NCBI GenBank assembly: GCA_944391685.1
Contig: CALXUM010000008.1
Coordinates: forward strand, 13,273 to 77,272
Length of the DNA: 64,000 nt
Source of the DNA: an uncultured Alphaproteobacteria bacterium
GTDB lineage: Bacteria; Pseudomonadota; Alphaproteobacteria; RF32; CAG-239
Reading direction: 5' to 3'
Made by a program: the position numbers and the translations under genes. Position 1 is the first letter of the stretch; each line of letters begins with the position of its first letter. The notes under the pieces were generated by a model. That model was not told where the DNA came from and did no database searches. It saw only the letters and a list, made by a program, of their open reading frames with translations. Below, one piece after another: positions 20,491 to 30,972 of this stretch.

Positions 20491-22040
20491 AATCAGGACT
20501 AGACATGCTTAAAAAATTTGCTTCGGTGCGTTTTATTCTTTTTGTTTTTTTACTAATATCAGTATTATTTGCAGCCTATAGTATTTATTATAAAATAGAA
20601 TATTGGGGTTTTAGTTTTATGCCCAAAACCAACACCAATGTCTGGACCGTGGAAGCTCATATTTCCTTTGATCCTACGGGTGATCCAATAAAAGTTTCTT
20701 TAACGACACCTCGTAGCAACGCTGCTTTTAAAGTATTGGAAGAAAATGTTATAGCTCCTGATTATAAAGTAACTAAAAATCAATCGGCATCTCGTTTGAT
20801 TTTATCGGCTTCTGCACAAGATAAGCCTCAAGATATTTACTATAAAATCATGTTGTTTGATAATGTGGCATCACGCGGTAAAATGTGGGCTCCTCAGCCT
20901 GATGAACCGGAAGCTCCTTTTTTTGATGAGCAAAAGTTGGCCGCGGCAAAACAAATTCTTGAATTATCCAAGAAAAAATATCAAGGTGACAGAGTTGTAC
21001 AAATTATAAAGTTATTAAACGAAACTCCTCTTGAGCCAGCCGTTCAGGCTTATCTGCCAATTAAGAACACCCAAAGTGTTATGGTTGAAATAATCAGTCA
21101 ATTATTGGCTTTAGAAAAAATCTCGGCCAGAGCCGCCAGAGGTTTTAAATTGGAAGAAAGCAAAAAATCTCTTTCTCCTGATTTGATGTTAGAGGCTTAT
21201 GTTAATGGTTCGTGGCGTGTTTATGATATTAAAACAGCCAAAAAGGGTGTGCCTGATAACTTTATTTTATTCCAACGCGGCGGAAAGTCTTTGATTGATG
21301 TTGAAGGTGGAGAAAACTCGGTTATTAAGTTCTCGGTATTGAAATCGGTTACCCCGTCTTTTAATCTGGCCAAGCAAAGAGCTAAAATCAGTAACAGCAA
21401 ATCTTGGTTTGATTATTCAATTTATAATTTACCGTTGGCTCAACAAAATACATTAAAATGGCTTTCTATTTTTCCTTTAGCAATTTTGGTTATTGTAATT
21501 GTACGTAATATTATCGGTTTGCAAACGATGGGAACATTTACTCCAATGTTACTGGCAATGTCTTTGGTTAAAACCGGTTTTTGGCCAGGGTTGCTTTGTT
21601 TTGCCATTATCATGGGATTGGGTCTTTCTATACGTTTTGTGATGTCAAAGCTTAATCTTTTGTTGGTTCCTAGAATTTCGGCCGTGGTTATTTTTGTAAT
21701 CTTGATTATGCAGATTTTGACAATAACAGGATATCGTCTGCATTTTGCAATTGCTCAATCTGCGGTATTTTTCCCTATCATCATTATGTCTTGGATTATT
21801 GAGAGAGCTTCAATTACGTGGGAGGAAGACGGTGCTTTGAATGCCGGAAGAGAAATTATATACAGTTTAGTTGCGGCAATTGCCACCTATTTTGTTATCA
21901 ACAGTGAATATATTCGCCATATTATGTTTGCTTTCAATGAGCTTAATTTGGTGATTTTATTTATTGTGATGTTGCTTGGAACTTATACCGGTTATCGTTT
22001 GGTTGAACTAAAACGTTTTCGTCCGTTGGTAAGAGGATAA
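20487..22040 (+). CDS. inactive-transglutaminase / 7-TM fusion membrane protein (UUP1-type)
   Basis: N-terminal TM, a periplasmic domain and then about 7 C-terminal TM helices. Sandwiched between the DUF785 and RimK-like genes, as in the known conserved triad. TTG at 20487 overlaps the upstream stop; there is an alternative ATG at 20505. Confidence 0.55.
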   Translation: MKSGLDMLKKFASVRFILFVFLLISVLFAAYSIYYKIEYWGFSFMPKTNTNVWTVEAHISFDPTGDPIKVSLTTPRSNAAFKVLEENVIAPDYKVTKNQSASRLILSASAQDKPQDIYYKIMLFDNVASRGKMWAPQPDEPEAPFFDEQKLAAAKQILELSKKKYQGDRVVQIIKLLNETPLEPAVQAYLPIKNTQSVMVEIISQLLALEKISARAARGFKLEESKKSLSPDLMLEAYVNGSWRVYDIKTAKKGVPDNFILFQRGGKSLIDVEGGENSVIKFSVLKSVTPSFNLAKQRAKISNSKSWFDYSIYNLPLAQQNTLKWLSIFPLAILVIVIVRNIIGLQTMGTFTPMLLAMSLVKTGFWPGLLCFAIIMGLGLSIRFVMSKLNLLLVPRISAVVIFVILIMQILTITGYRLHFAIAQSAVFFPIIIMSWIIERASITWEEDGALNAGREIIYSLVAAIATYFVINSEYIRHIMFAFNELNLVILFIVMLLGTYTGYRLVELKRFRPLVRG

Positions 22041-22043
22041 AGC

Positions 22044-23009
22044 TTGATGTTTGAGTGGCTTAAAAAATGGACTTCACCAAGCAAGCTTAAGCGTGCCGGC
22101 GTAATGGGCATGAACGCTCGTAACTTCCATGTTATTTCCAAATATAACAATCGTCGTTTATATCCTTTGGTTGATGATAAGGTTAAAACCAAGACCTTAG
22201 CGAGCAAAATAGGCATCAGCACGCCAAAGCTTATTGGTAAGATAGAATTTCAATATGAAGTTAAAAATATTTTGCAGATAATCGGAGCTGAAAGAGAATT
22301 TGTAATAAAACCGGCACAAGGCAGCGGCGGAAAAGGTGTGTTGGTTATTAAAGATTATAGTGAAGGTATTTTTACCACTGCATCGGGAAAAAAAATAACT
22401 TATAATGATGTTTATAAGCATATTTCCAATATATTAAGCGGATTATACAGTCTTGGCGGAAAATATGATGCGGCAATAATTGAAGAACTGGTTCATTTTT
22501 CCGATATATTTAAAGAATATAGTTATCAAGGTGTTCCTGATGTCCGTTTGATTATATACAAAGGATATCCTATTCTGGCTATGACAAGGTTGCCTACCAA
22601 AGCATCGGGAGGAAGAGCAAATTTGCATCAGGGAGCCGTGGGAGTTGGTTTGGATATTCAGACCGGAAAGGCTTTACATGGAGTATGCCGCGACAAACCA
22701 ATAACCATTCAACCCGACACCGGAGCTGATTTGATGCAAATTGAAGTTCCTTTTTGGAGAGAACATTTGCTTATCGGAGCATTAGCTTATGATATGACCG
22801 GATTGGGATATTTGGGAGCCGATATTGTATTAGATGCCCGTAAAGGACCTATGATGCTTGAATTAAATGCCAGACCTGGGCTTGCAATTCAGATTGCCAA
22901 TGGTATCGGCTTAAAATCAAGAATTAAAGAAGTGGATAAAGACTATCCCGAAGGTTTAAGTGCTGAAGAAAGAGTTGATTTTGTTTTGAACTATAAACGT
23001 GAAAAATAA
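22044..23009 (+). CDS. alpha-L-glutamate ligase-related ATP-grasp protein (RimK-like)
   Basis: GVMGMNARNFHVISKYNNRRLYPLVDDKVKTK N-terminus plus ATP-grasp motifs (KPAQGSGGKGV, ELNARPGL). Confidence 0.7.
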   Translation: MMFEWLKKWTSPSKLKRAGVMGMNARNFHVISKYNNRRLYPLVDDKVKTKTLASKIGISTPKLIGKIEFQYEVKNILQIIGAEREFVIKPAQGSGGKGVLVIKDYSEGIFTTASGKKITYNDVYKHISNILSGLYSLGGKYDAAIIEELVHFSDIFKEYSYQGVPDVRLIIYKGYPILAMTRLPTKASGGRANLHQGAVGVGLDIQTGKALHGVCRDKPITIQPDTGADLMQIEVPFWREHLLIGALAYDMTGLGYLGADIVLDARKGPMMLELNARPGLAIQIANGIGLKSRIKEVDKDYPEGLSAEERVDFVLNYKREK

Positions 23010-23062
23010 AAATAATGTACCTATATAAATATAAGAACTAGATTTTATAAAGGGGAAAAGTT

Positions 23063-23677
23063 ATGGCTAAAGAAGTGAAATCGTTGGCTAAAAGTGCCAC
23101 AAAAAGTTTGAAAGCATCTGAAACTAAAGGTTTGAAAACATCTGAAACAAAGAAAATTACACAAAGTAAAACAAGAGCTAAGAAAATTAAACACTCATAT
23201 AAAGTAAAAGACGCCGAAAACGCTTTGCTATTAAAATTGAAAGACGGAGATGTCGTAATTGAGATGTTTCCGGAAGATGCTCCAAACCATGTGGCCAGAA
23301 TTAAGGAATTGGTGAGAGCCGGATTTTATAACGGACTAAAGTTTCATAGGGTTATTGACGGTTTTATGGCTCAAACCGGATGCCCTTATGGTAACGGTAC
23401 CGGTGGAAGCGGCAAAAAGCTTAAAGCCGAATTCAATCGCAACCACCATAAGAGAGGAACGGTTTCAATGGCTCGCTCAATGTTTCCTGACTCTGCCGAC
23501 AGTCAGTTCTTTATTTGTTTTAACGACTGTGATTGGTTGGACGGACAATACACCGTTTGGGGAGAAGTAACATCGGGTATGGAGCATGTTGATGCCATTA
23601 AAAAGGGAAAAGGTGCAAACGGAGAGGTTGACAAACCTGATGAAATTATTTCAATGACGGTAATTGCCGATATATAA
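23063..23677 (+). CDS. cyclophilin-type peptidyl-prolyl isomerase with Lys-rich N-terminal extension
   Basis: FHRVIDGFMAQTG, SMAR and SQFFI motifs. Confidence 0.85.
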   Translation: MAKEVKSLAKSATKSLKASETKGLKTSETKKITQSKTRAKKIKHSYKVKDAENALLLKLKDGDVVIEMFPEDAPNHVARIKELVRAGFYNGLKFHRVIDGFMAQTGCPYGNGTGGSGKKLKAEFNRNHHKRGTVSMARSMFPDSADSQFFICFNDCDWLDGQYTVWGEVTSGMEHVDAIKKGKGANGEVDKPDEIISMTVIADI

Positions 23678-23711
23678 AAAAAAGGCCTCGCAAAAGCGAG
23701 GCTTTTTTTTA
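23676..23711. terminator. bidirectional rho-independent terminator
   Basis: A-run, gcctcgc-aaaa-gcgaggc, T-run. Confidence 0.8.
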
Positions 23712-23969
23712 TATGCATGACATTATAAATGTTGCAAAAAATATTCCTATAATAATAGCTAACAAAGAGCTATGAACACCTATTTTGTCTGCTGTTTTTA
23801 TAAAAATACACATTACAAAAAAAATTGTAATAAAACATAAAAAAATATTCCAAATGTTTTGAAAAAGAAGATTACAAAACATTAATCCGACAAGTACATT
23901 CAAAATTGTTTGCAAAAAAACAGATGTTAAAAAAAACATCTTGGAATTAGTTTTATTCTTTCTTTTCAT
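23709..23969 (-). CDS. small hypothetical membrane protein
   Basis: An 86 aa ORF that is almost entirely hydrophobic. Weak support. Confidence 0.3.
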   Translation of the reverse strand: MKRKNKTNSKMFFLTSVFLQTILNVLVGLMFCNLLFQNIWNIFLCFITIFFVMCIFIKTADKIGVHSSLLAIIIGIFFATFIMSCI

Positions 23970-24304
23970 AATAATATCTTTTTAATTTATTTTTTAAGAT
24001 AGGTAACTTAATTTTTAAATTATGTAAAGTTTTTTATTTGAAGTTATTAATATAATATTTTACATTACCAATATAAAAGTCGTTTTTTTATAATAATTAT
24101 TGTATTTTTTAATTATTATTTTAGAATATAGGCTATAGAAGATATTAGTTCTATTTTTTGTTAAGATTATGTATATATATTGAATTTCTGTTATCTGAAA
24201 CATGATATAGGAGGTAAATTGTTGTTATTCTCCTATTTCAAGTAGGATAAATTGAGTAAAATATCTGAAAAGCTTGGAGCTTTTAGATATTAAATAAAGA
24301 AAGT

Positions 24305-25765
24305 TTATTTATTTTGCATAAACTTATTTAATAATCTAATACCAAACGCTGTAGCTCCTTTAGAATTGAGAGCATTACCTTTGGTTTCTTTATCTACACC
24401 GGCAATATCTAAGTGAGCCCAAGATACTCCGTCTTTGATAAACCTTTGTAAAAAGCAGGCAGCGGTACTGCCGCCGGCATTGGCTCCGCCAATATTCTTC
24501 ATATCAGCAATATCAGAGTTTATCATTTTGTTATACCCCTCACCTATGGGTAAACGCCATAATCTTTCACCACTTTCTTCACCGGCAGCGATCAGCTTTT
24601 GAGCCAGCTTGTCATCATTGGCAAAAAGTCCGGCATATTCACTGCCTAAAGCCCGCATAGTGGCTCCGGTTAGAGTTGCAATATCGATAACCTCTTTAAC
24701 ACCGTATTTATCTTGGACATACCACAGACAATCACCCAAGACCAAACGACCTTCGGCATCGGTATTAATAATTTCAACCGTTTGGCCGGACATTGAAGTT
24801 ACAACATCTCCGGGGTGTGTTGCCGAACCAGAGGGCATATTTTCAACCAGCCCCACAATTCCGACCACATTAACCGAAGCACATTGTAAAGCTAAAGCTT
24901 TCATGCTGGCAACCACAACTGCGGCACCTGTCATGTCTTGTTTCATATCTTCCATGCCGCCGGCGGGCTTGATAGATATTCCTCCGGCATCAAAAGTTAC
25001 TCCCTTACCGACCAAGGCCAAATCATATTCTTTGTTATCAGGATTGCCTTTCCATTTGATGATAACGGCTTTAGGCTCTTTAATCGATCCTTGAGCGACA
25101 GATAAAAGCAGATTAAACTCTTTTTCTTTTAAGCTTTCTTTATCCAAAACTTCAACTTCAAGCCCCAAATATTCAAGTCTTTTGATATCCGCGGCAAAAA
25201 CATCTGGTGTTAGGGTATTGGCAGGTTCATTACACAAATCACGACCATAACGAACAGCATTGCCAAGAGCGGCAAAGTCTTTAAAGTTCTCATTTACATC
25301 AGCTGAATTTTTGACTTTGAAAATGATTTGCTCCAATGCCGGATATTCATTTTGTTTCTTTTTGGTAAAATATTTATCAAAACGATAAGACCCAAGCATC
25401 ATACCAAAAGCAACATTGTGAGCAATTTCTTCCAAGCTTAACCTACACCCTTTTATTTCTTCAACATAAAAGCAGGCACTGGTATCTTTAAATAATTTCT
25501 TTGCCAGCCTACCGCCCAAATTTTGCAAATCCAGAGCCTCGGGTTTTTCTCCCATGCCGGCAATTATAATTTTGCCACCGGAGCCGAACACCTCCAAAAA
25601 AGTATCTTTTTTGCCTGTAAACTCATATTGTTGAGCAGCTTTTTTTAATAAATTTATTTCATCTTTGCTTAATGCCTCAAAAGTAAGGCGTGAATTTTCA
25701 GAAACAGCAAAAATTTTGGTGGTTTTGGAACTGATTCGTTCATTCGTAAAGATAATTTCAAGCAT
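24305..25765 (-). CDS. pepA: leucyl aminopeptidase (M17)
   Basis: VGKGVTFDAGGISIKP and NTDAEGRLVLGD motifs. Confidence 0.9.
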   Translation of the reverse strand: MLEIIFTNERISSKTTKIFAVSENSRLTFEALSKDEINLLKKAAQQYEFTGKKDTFLEVFGSGGKIIIAGMGEKPEALDLQNLGGRLAKKLFKDTSACFYVEEIKGCRLSLEEIAHNVAFGMMLGSYRFDKYFTKKKQNEYPALEQIIFKVKNSADVNENFKDFAALGNAVRYGRDLCNEPANTLTPDVFAADIKRLEYLGLEVEVLDKESLKEKEFNLLLSVAQGSIKEPKAVIIKWKGNPDNKEYDLALVGKGVTFDAGGISIKPAGGMEDMKQDMTGAAVVVASMKALALQCASVNVVGIVGLVENMPSGSATHPGDVVTSMSGQTVEIINTDAEGRLVLGDCLWYVQDKYGVKEVIDIATLTGATMRALGSEYAGLFANDDKLAQKLIAAGEESGERLWRLPIGEGYNKMINSDIADMKNIGGANAGGSTAACFLQRFIKDGVSWAHLDIAGVDKETKGNALNSKGATAFGIRLLNKFMQNK

Positions 25766-25925
25766 TTGTTTATCTCCTAGTGTTTATTTTTTTGTATTTT
25801 AAGAAAATTTTATTAAAAAATAGTATGTTTTAAGTAAAAAAATATCCACCAAATATAATTATATGTAGACGCCTTATAATATTTATTGTACAATTTAGAC
25901 AAATTATAAAATTTCGGGGTAACCG

Positions 25926-27002
25926 ATGGGGCGTAAAAAGAAAATATCAATAGAAAAAGCTGTTCGTGAAGAAATCAGATTTGCCAATGCAATTCGCGAT
26001 AAGCTTAATGCCCTCAGCAATGCTCAACTAAAAGAAAATGATTTTGCTTCTAAGAGCAAGAATTATTTTAGTGAAGCAAAAAAAGCTCCTCATAAAACAT
26101 CAAAGAAAAGCAGCGGTCTGCTGAAAGAAGAGTTGAATATTTTATTGCAAAGCACAGGTTGTTTGAAACCTCATGTAATAGATCCTGCAACCCCAACCCC
26201 TACCAGAATACAAAAACTTATGACCAGATTTGACTTTGATGGTATGATTATCAAGCCAAATGAAAATGATTTATCCGATGCTTACAGCTCGGCAATGAAA
26301 CAGCGTAGTGATGAACTTTATAAAATATATGGTCTTTATGAACCAAATAAATATTGGCCTTCAGATTATAATCTGGATGATATTCCGGTTTGGCAAGATA
26401 TGAAAAAATTTGACACCATAAGTACATTAGGTAAAAGGCTTAGAACGCAAATGGCAAAACAAGATATTCCTCCCTATATTTTGCCTGAGATGAATTATTT
26501 TGACCTTATGCATCTGGCTCTTAATTATTTGCGTGAAACCAAAATTCCGCCTTTTGAAAGTGCAAGATCCAGAAACTTTAAAATGTTTGCCGCTTGTTAC
26601 CATGAGGAATTTTCTTATGCCATGGGATTATTAGGGTACAAACCACAATATACACAAAAACTTTTACAAAAAATGCGACAAGGCACTTGTGATGATATTT
26701 TACATTTTCATCATAACCCTAACATTCAATACTGTACGGATAATAATGACATATCTAAAACCAGTCATTTTTCTAACATGGTTTTAACCTTTTATATGCC
26801 GTACCATCGTAGTTTTCATTATCCCAATAATATGGATGTTAATAAAGATATTGTATTTTTTGGCGGATATGGCCCTCTTTTGCAAATTAAACATAATATT
26901 GAACGTGAACGGCAATATATTTTAAGAAACCCAATAGCACATCGCAACGAATTTAAACTAATTAAACAAGCATTGATACCAGATAATGGAAAATCTCGTT
27001 AA
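25926..27002 (+). CDS. hypothetical protein with C-terminal HNH/His-Me-finger-like motif
   Basis: LHFHHNPN...SNMVLTFYMPYHRSFH fits the HH-x(n)-N-x(9)-H-x3-H pattern. No signal peptide. Confidence 0.5.
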   Translation: MGRKKKISIEKAVREEIRFANAIRDKLNALSNAQLKENDFASKSKNYFSEAKKAPHKTSKKSSGLLKEELNILLQSTGCLKPHVIDPATPTPTRIQKLMTRFDFDGMIIKPNENDLSDAYSSAMKQRSDELYKIYGLYEPNKYWPSDYNLDDIPVWQDMKKFDTISTLGKRLRTQMAKQDIPPYILPEMNYFDLMHLALNYLRETKIPPFESARSRNFKMFAACYHEEFSYAMGLLGYKPQYTQKLLQKMRQGTCDDILHFHHNPNIQYCTDNNDISKTSHFSNMVLTFYMPYHRSFHYPNNMDVNKDIVFFGGYGPLLQIKHNIERERQYILRNPIAHRNEFKLIKQALIPDNGKSR

Positions 27003-27408
27003 ATTTATAAACACTCTCGGTTCCGCCGCCCATACCGGACCAAAATTAAAAAACAAAGATATTATTCTTTGCCAAAAAGAGCTTTGTTTTAACGGAATTG
27101 CGGCCATTCCTGATGAATATTTAAAATTTTTACATCATTTTAATGCCTTAACCTACGGTTCTGCCGCGTTTTTTGGTATTGTTCCGCAAGGTGATTTTTA
27201 CTTGGATATTTTGCGAGAAAATATTTTGCTCAATCATCCTCAAAAAGAGACAAATATTATTCTTGGATTTGATGAAATGAGTTACATAGGCTATGATAAT
27301 AAAAATTCATTATATCAAATAATTGACAAATCAGATTTAGAAGTGCTACATACTTATAACAATTGTGTTGATGCCTTAATGTATGCCTTAAAGATTTATG
27401 ATGTTTGA
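26986..27408 (+). CDS. SUKH (SMI1/KNR4)-like putative immunity protein
   Basis: Overlaps the upstream ORF by 17 nt. CQKELCFNGIAAIPDEYLKFLHHFNAL...FFGI resembles the SUKH N-terminal signature. Confidence 0.45.
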   Translation: MENLVKFINTLGSAAHTGPKLKNKDIILCQKELCFNGIAAIPDEYLKFLHHFNALTYGSAAFFGIVPQGDFYLDILRENILLNHPQKETNIILGFDEMSYIGYDNKNSLYQIIDKSDLEVLHTYNNCVDALMYALKIYDV

Positions 27409-28357
27409 TAATATATACGAATATAATCCTCAATCTTTGCAAAAAGCTGCCGAAACAATTAAAAAAGGTGGCTTGGTTGCTTTTCCGACCGAAACCGTTT
27501 ACGGACTTGGAGCAAATGTTTATAATTCTCAAGCCGTTGCCAATATTTTTGCGGCTAAAGGAAGACCTGCTTTTAATCCTTTAATATCTCATATTGCTGA
27601 TTTAGACTTTTTGCCGGAATATGCCTTAACAGATTCAAGAGTTATGGAATTAGCCAAACGCTTTTGGCCCGGTCCTCTTACCTTTGTTTTACGTCGTAAA
27701 GACGAAAATCCAGCTCTTGATCTTGCTTGTGCAGGCCTTCCAACGGTAACGGTCAGAATGCCGGATCATAAAATTGCCCTTAAGCTTATTAAGGCTTCCG
27801 GTGTTCCGATAGTTGCTCCGTCTGCCAATCGTTCCACTACCATAAGCCCTACCACCGCCGAACATGTTGCCGCAAGTTTAGGCGACAAGGTTGATATGAT
27901 TCTTGATGGCGGACCATGTCGTGTTGGTGTTGAATCAACAATTATTGATCTCACGACCGAAAATATTGTGCTTTTGCGTGCCGGAGGTATAAGTCTTGAG
28001 GAACTAGAAGCATTTACCGGAGAAAAAATTATAATTTCTCATGGAAATCCTGATCAACCAAAATCACCAGGACAATTACTAAAACACTATGCACCATCCC
28101 TGCCTATGCGAATTAATGTTGATGAAAAAGATGTGCATCAAGATGAATTTTTTATTGGTTTTGGCAATGTCTCCCATGCTCAATTAAACTTGAGCCCAAG
28201 CGGAGATTTAAGACAAGCGGCTGCCAATTTATTTGCATATATGAGAGAGGCTGAAAAACACACCGAATATAAGGGAATTGCCATGTCTCCTATTCCTGAA
28301 AATGGCTTGGGACTAGCCATAAATGACCGTATACGTCGTGCTTCATATAAAAAATAA
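27398..28357 (+). CDS. L-threonylcarbamoyladenylate synthase (Sua5/YwlC long form)
   Basis: VAFPTETVYGLGAN and APSANRS motifs plus a C-terminal Sua5 domain. Confidence 0.85.
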   Translation: MMFDNIYEYNPQSLQKAAETIKKGGLVAFPTETVYGLGANVYNSQAVANIFAAKGRPAFNPLISHIADLDFLPEYALTDSRVMELAKRFWPGPLTFVLRRKDENPALDLACAGLPTVTVRMPDHKIALKLIKASGVPIVAPSANRSTTISPTTAEHVAASLGDKVDMILDGGPCRVGVESTIIDLTTENIVLLRAGGISLEELEAFTGEKIIISHGNPDQPKSPGQLLKHYAPSLPMRINVDEKDVHQDEFFIGFGNVSHAQLNLSPSGDLRQAAANLFAYMREAEKHTEYKGIAMSPIPENGLGLAINDRIRRASYKK

Positions 28358-28443
28358 TTCATACAAATACGTTTGACAAAAATAAATATTATGCTTATCT
28401 TTAAGGTATAAATTTATTATTGTTAAACTAAAAATCTAAAAAC

Positions 28444-28599
28444 ATGACAATTATTTTAAACATATTATTATTTTTGGTGTGCATAGAGTTTTGTATTCTG
28501 CTTCTTGTAGGTATTTATAGTATTGTTTTAGAAGGTTACAATACCTTTAGCAGAATTATAAAAAAAATACATGAAAAGAAAAATTTACCGCAGACATAA
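28444..28599 (+). CDS. possible 51-aa small membrane protein
   Basis: Hand-translated: MTIILNILLFLVCIEFCILLLVGIYSIVLEGYNTFSRIIKKIHEKKNLPQT. Below the ORF-track cutoff, and followed by a terminator. Confidence 0.25.
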   Translation: MTIILNILLFLVCIEFCILLLVGIYSIVLEGYNTFSRIIKKIHEKKNLPQT

Positions 28600-28604
28600 T
28601 CTTA

Positions 28605-28640
28605 AAAAGCTCCAAAACTATAAAAGTTTCGGAGCTTTTT
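28605..28640. terminator. bidirectional rho-independent terminator
   Basis: aaaaagctccaaaac-tataaaa-gtttcggagcttttt (one mismatch). Confidence 0.7.
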
Positions 28641-28658
28641 AATGTTTTTACAGATAAT

Positions 28659-30023
28659 CTATTTCAAAAAATATTCTCTCAGATAGTTCGGCAAATCGGC
28701 AACATTAACTCTAGTTTGCTCCATAGTATCACGATCACGAACCGTAACTGATTCCGGTTGTTGTTCTATTGTTTCAAAATCAACCGTAACACAAAGCGGT
28801 GTACCTACTTCATCATGACGACGATAAGCTTTTCCGATGTTACCGGTATTTTCTAGAGCAACACGACCAATGCCTAATTTTAAAAGGTTTTGCTTTATCT
28901 CATGACACTTAGCCATAATCTGCTCATTGTTCTTTTTCAAAGGAATTACAGCTACCTTTATCGGAGCAAGATGCTTCTTCAGCTTCAAGACAATACGACT
29001 GTTGCCATCACCCAAATCTTCTTCGGTATAAGCCTCAGTCATAACGGCCAAAACTCCGCGATCAACACCCATTGATGGCTCAATCACAAAAGGAACCACC
29101 CATTTATTATTATCATCCATAATACATAATTTCTGTGTTGAATCCTTATTTTCATGACAATGTGAGGTTAAATTCATATCCTCTTGTGCTTTGGTATGAT
29201 TACCCAAATCATAGTCCGTACGATTGGCAATTCCTTCCAATTCTTCCATACCGTGCGGAAACTGATATTCAATATCATAACAAGCTTTAGCATAGTGAGC
29301 CAAGTCTTCTTTGGGAGTAGTGTAGATATTCATATTTTCACGCTTTAGCCCTTGCTCTTCCCACCATTTTATGCGTTCTTCTTTCCAGATCTCATGCCAT
29401 TTTTCATCTTCACCGGGCATTACAAAATATTCAAGCTCGGCTTGTTCAAACTCACGTACACGGAATATAAAGTTACGTGGTGTAATTTCATTACGAAAAG
29501 ATTTACCAATTTGGGCAATACCAAAAGGTAATTTGCGTGAAGTTGAATCAACAACATTTTTAAACTGCGTAAAAATAGCTTGTGCCGTTTCCGGACGCAA
29601 ATAACCAAAAGAAGAACCATCGTCAACCGGACCAATAGAGGTCTTAAACATCAAATTAAAGGGTCTTGGCTCGGTCAAATCGGTTGAACCACAGTTCGGA
29701 CATTTGCCGTCTTTAATATGGTCTGCTCTGAAACGACCTTTACACTTGCGGCAATCAGTCATCGGGTCTGAAAAAGTGTCCTCGTGTCCGGAATAATGCA
29801 AAACTTTTTGATTGGTCAAAATCGCCGCATCCAAACCTTCAACATCATCACGTTCATAAACCATTGAACGCCACCAAGCAGCTTTAAGATTATTTTTTAG
29901 CTCAACTCCCAGCGGACCATAATCATAAACACCTTGTAAACCGCCATATATATCAGAATTTTGAAAAATAAAACCACGACGTTTGCAAAGAGAAACCAAC
30001 TGATCCATAGTTTTCGCAACCAT
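28659..30023 (-). CDS. glyQS: glycine--tRNA ligase (homodimeric GlyQS type)
   Basis: Motifs: [17 protein letters not shown]; class II motifs; Cys-cluster insertion. The start is set at 30023, where aagga lies 8 nt upstream. The ORF track extends to 30047. Confidence 0.9.
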   Translation of the reverse strand: MVAKTMDQLVSLCKRRGFIFQNSDIYGGLQGVYDYGPLGVELKNNLKAAWWRSMVYERDDVEGLDAAILTNQKVLHYSGHEDTFSDPMTDCRKCKGRFRADHIKDGKCPNCGSTDLTEPRPFNLMFKTSIGPVDDGSSFGYLRPETAQAIFTQFKNVVDSTSRKLPFGIAQIGKSFRNEITPRNFIFRVREFEQAELEYFVMPGEDEKWHEIWKEERIKWWEEQGLKRENMNIYTTPKEDLAHYAKACYDIEYQFPHGMEELEGIANRTDYDLGNHTKAQEDMNLTSHCHENKDSTQKLCIMDDNNKWVVPFVIEPSMGVDRGVLAVMTEAYTEEDLGDGNSRIVLKLKKHLAPIKVAVIPLKKNNEQIMAKCHEIKQNLLKLGIGRVALENTGNIGKAYRRHDEVGTPLCVTVDFETIEQQPESVTVRDRDTMEQTRVNVADLPNYLREYFLK

Positions 30024-30114
30024 TTTAACCATCCTTATCAAAATCAATAGTAAAAAATTAACTTCTTACGTTTTATAATGATTATTCTTAAAAAGCAAGC
30101 GGAGATATAATAAA

Positions 30115-30972
30115 ATGGCAAAAAACCTTACTAAAGTCGCTTTAATTTATGACTTTGATGAAACATTGAGTGTTACTTATATGCAGGATTATATCTTAAT
30201 CCCTTCTCTTGGTATGAAACCAAAAACTTTTTGGCAAAAAGCCAATCAGTGGTCTGCAGATAATTGTGCAGATCAAATAACTGGAACCATGTATTATATC
30301 CAGCATACCGCAAAAGAAAAAGGTATCTCCCTTACAAAAGAATTTTTTGCTCATGCTGCTCAAAGTATTGAATATTTTGACGGTGTTGAAGACTGGTTTG
30401 ATCGTATCAATAATTATGGAGCTGATCTTGACTTACAAATAGAACATTATATCATATCCTCAGGCATGGAAGAAATTATTGCCGGAAGCACTATCAGAAA
30501 ACATTTTAACGATGTTTTTGGCTGCTCTTATGCCTATGGTGAAGACGGAACACCTATTTGGCCGGCCAGAGTTGTTAACTACTCAACCAAAACTCAATAT
30601 CTTTCAAAAATAAATAAAGGTTTGGGTAAAACGGAAGATCGTGCCGTTAATGAATTTATGCCCGATGAAAAACGTCCCATACCTTTCCGCAGAATGATAT
30701 ATTTTGGTGACGGAATGACTGATATTCCTTCAATGAAATTGACTAAAGAACGCGGAGGAACGGCCATCGCCGTTTATAGACCCAAAAGCAAACATAAAAA
30801 AAATGCTATAAAGTTGTTAAGAGATGATCGTGTAAACTTTGCTTTACCGGCTGATTACAGAGAAAATACCCAAATTGATATGGTAGTAAAAACAGTTTTA
30901 GATAAAATTGCTAAAGAACGGGATTTGGAAAATTTGCAAGCCAAAGAAGAAAAGAAAAAATTCATAAAATAA
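30115..30972 (+). CDS. HAD-superfamily hydrolase-like protein
   Basis: N-terminal IYDFDETLS (DxDxT) and a late FGDGMTD motif. Confidence 0.55.
   Translation: MAKNLTKVALIYDFDETLSVTYMQDYILIPSLGMKPKTFWQKANQWSADNCADQITGTMYYIQHTAKEKGISLTKEFFAHAAQSIEYFDGVEDWFDRINNYGADLDLQIEHYIISSGMEEIIAGSTIRKHFNDVFGCSYAYGEDGTPIWPARVVNYSTKTQYLSKINKGLGKTEDRAVNEFMPDEKRPIPFRRMIYFGDGMTDIPSMKLTKERGGTAIAVYRPKSKHKKNAIKLLRDDRVNFALPADYRENTQIDMVVKTVLDKIAKERDLENLQAKEEKKKFIK

Noticed and set aside
24609-25094. 161-aa ORF antisense to pepA
   Set aside because: It lies fully inside a confidently identified M17 aminopeptidase gene on the other strand. Its Pro/Ser/Thr-rich composition is typical of antisense frames.
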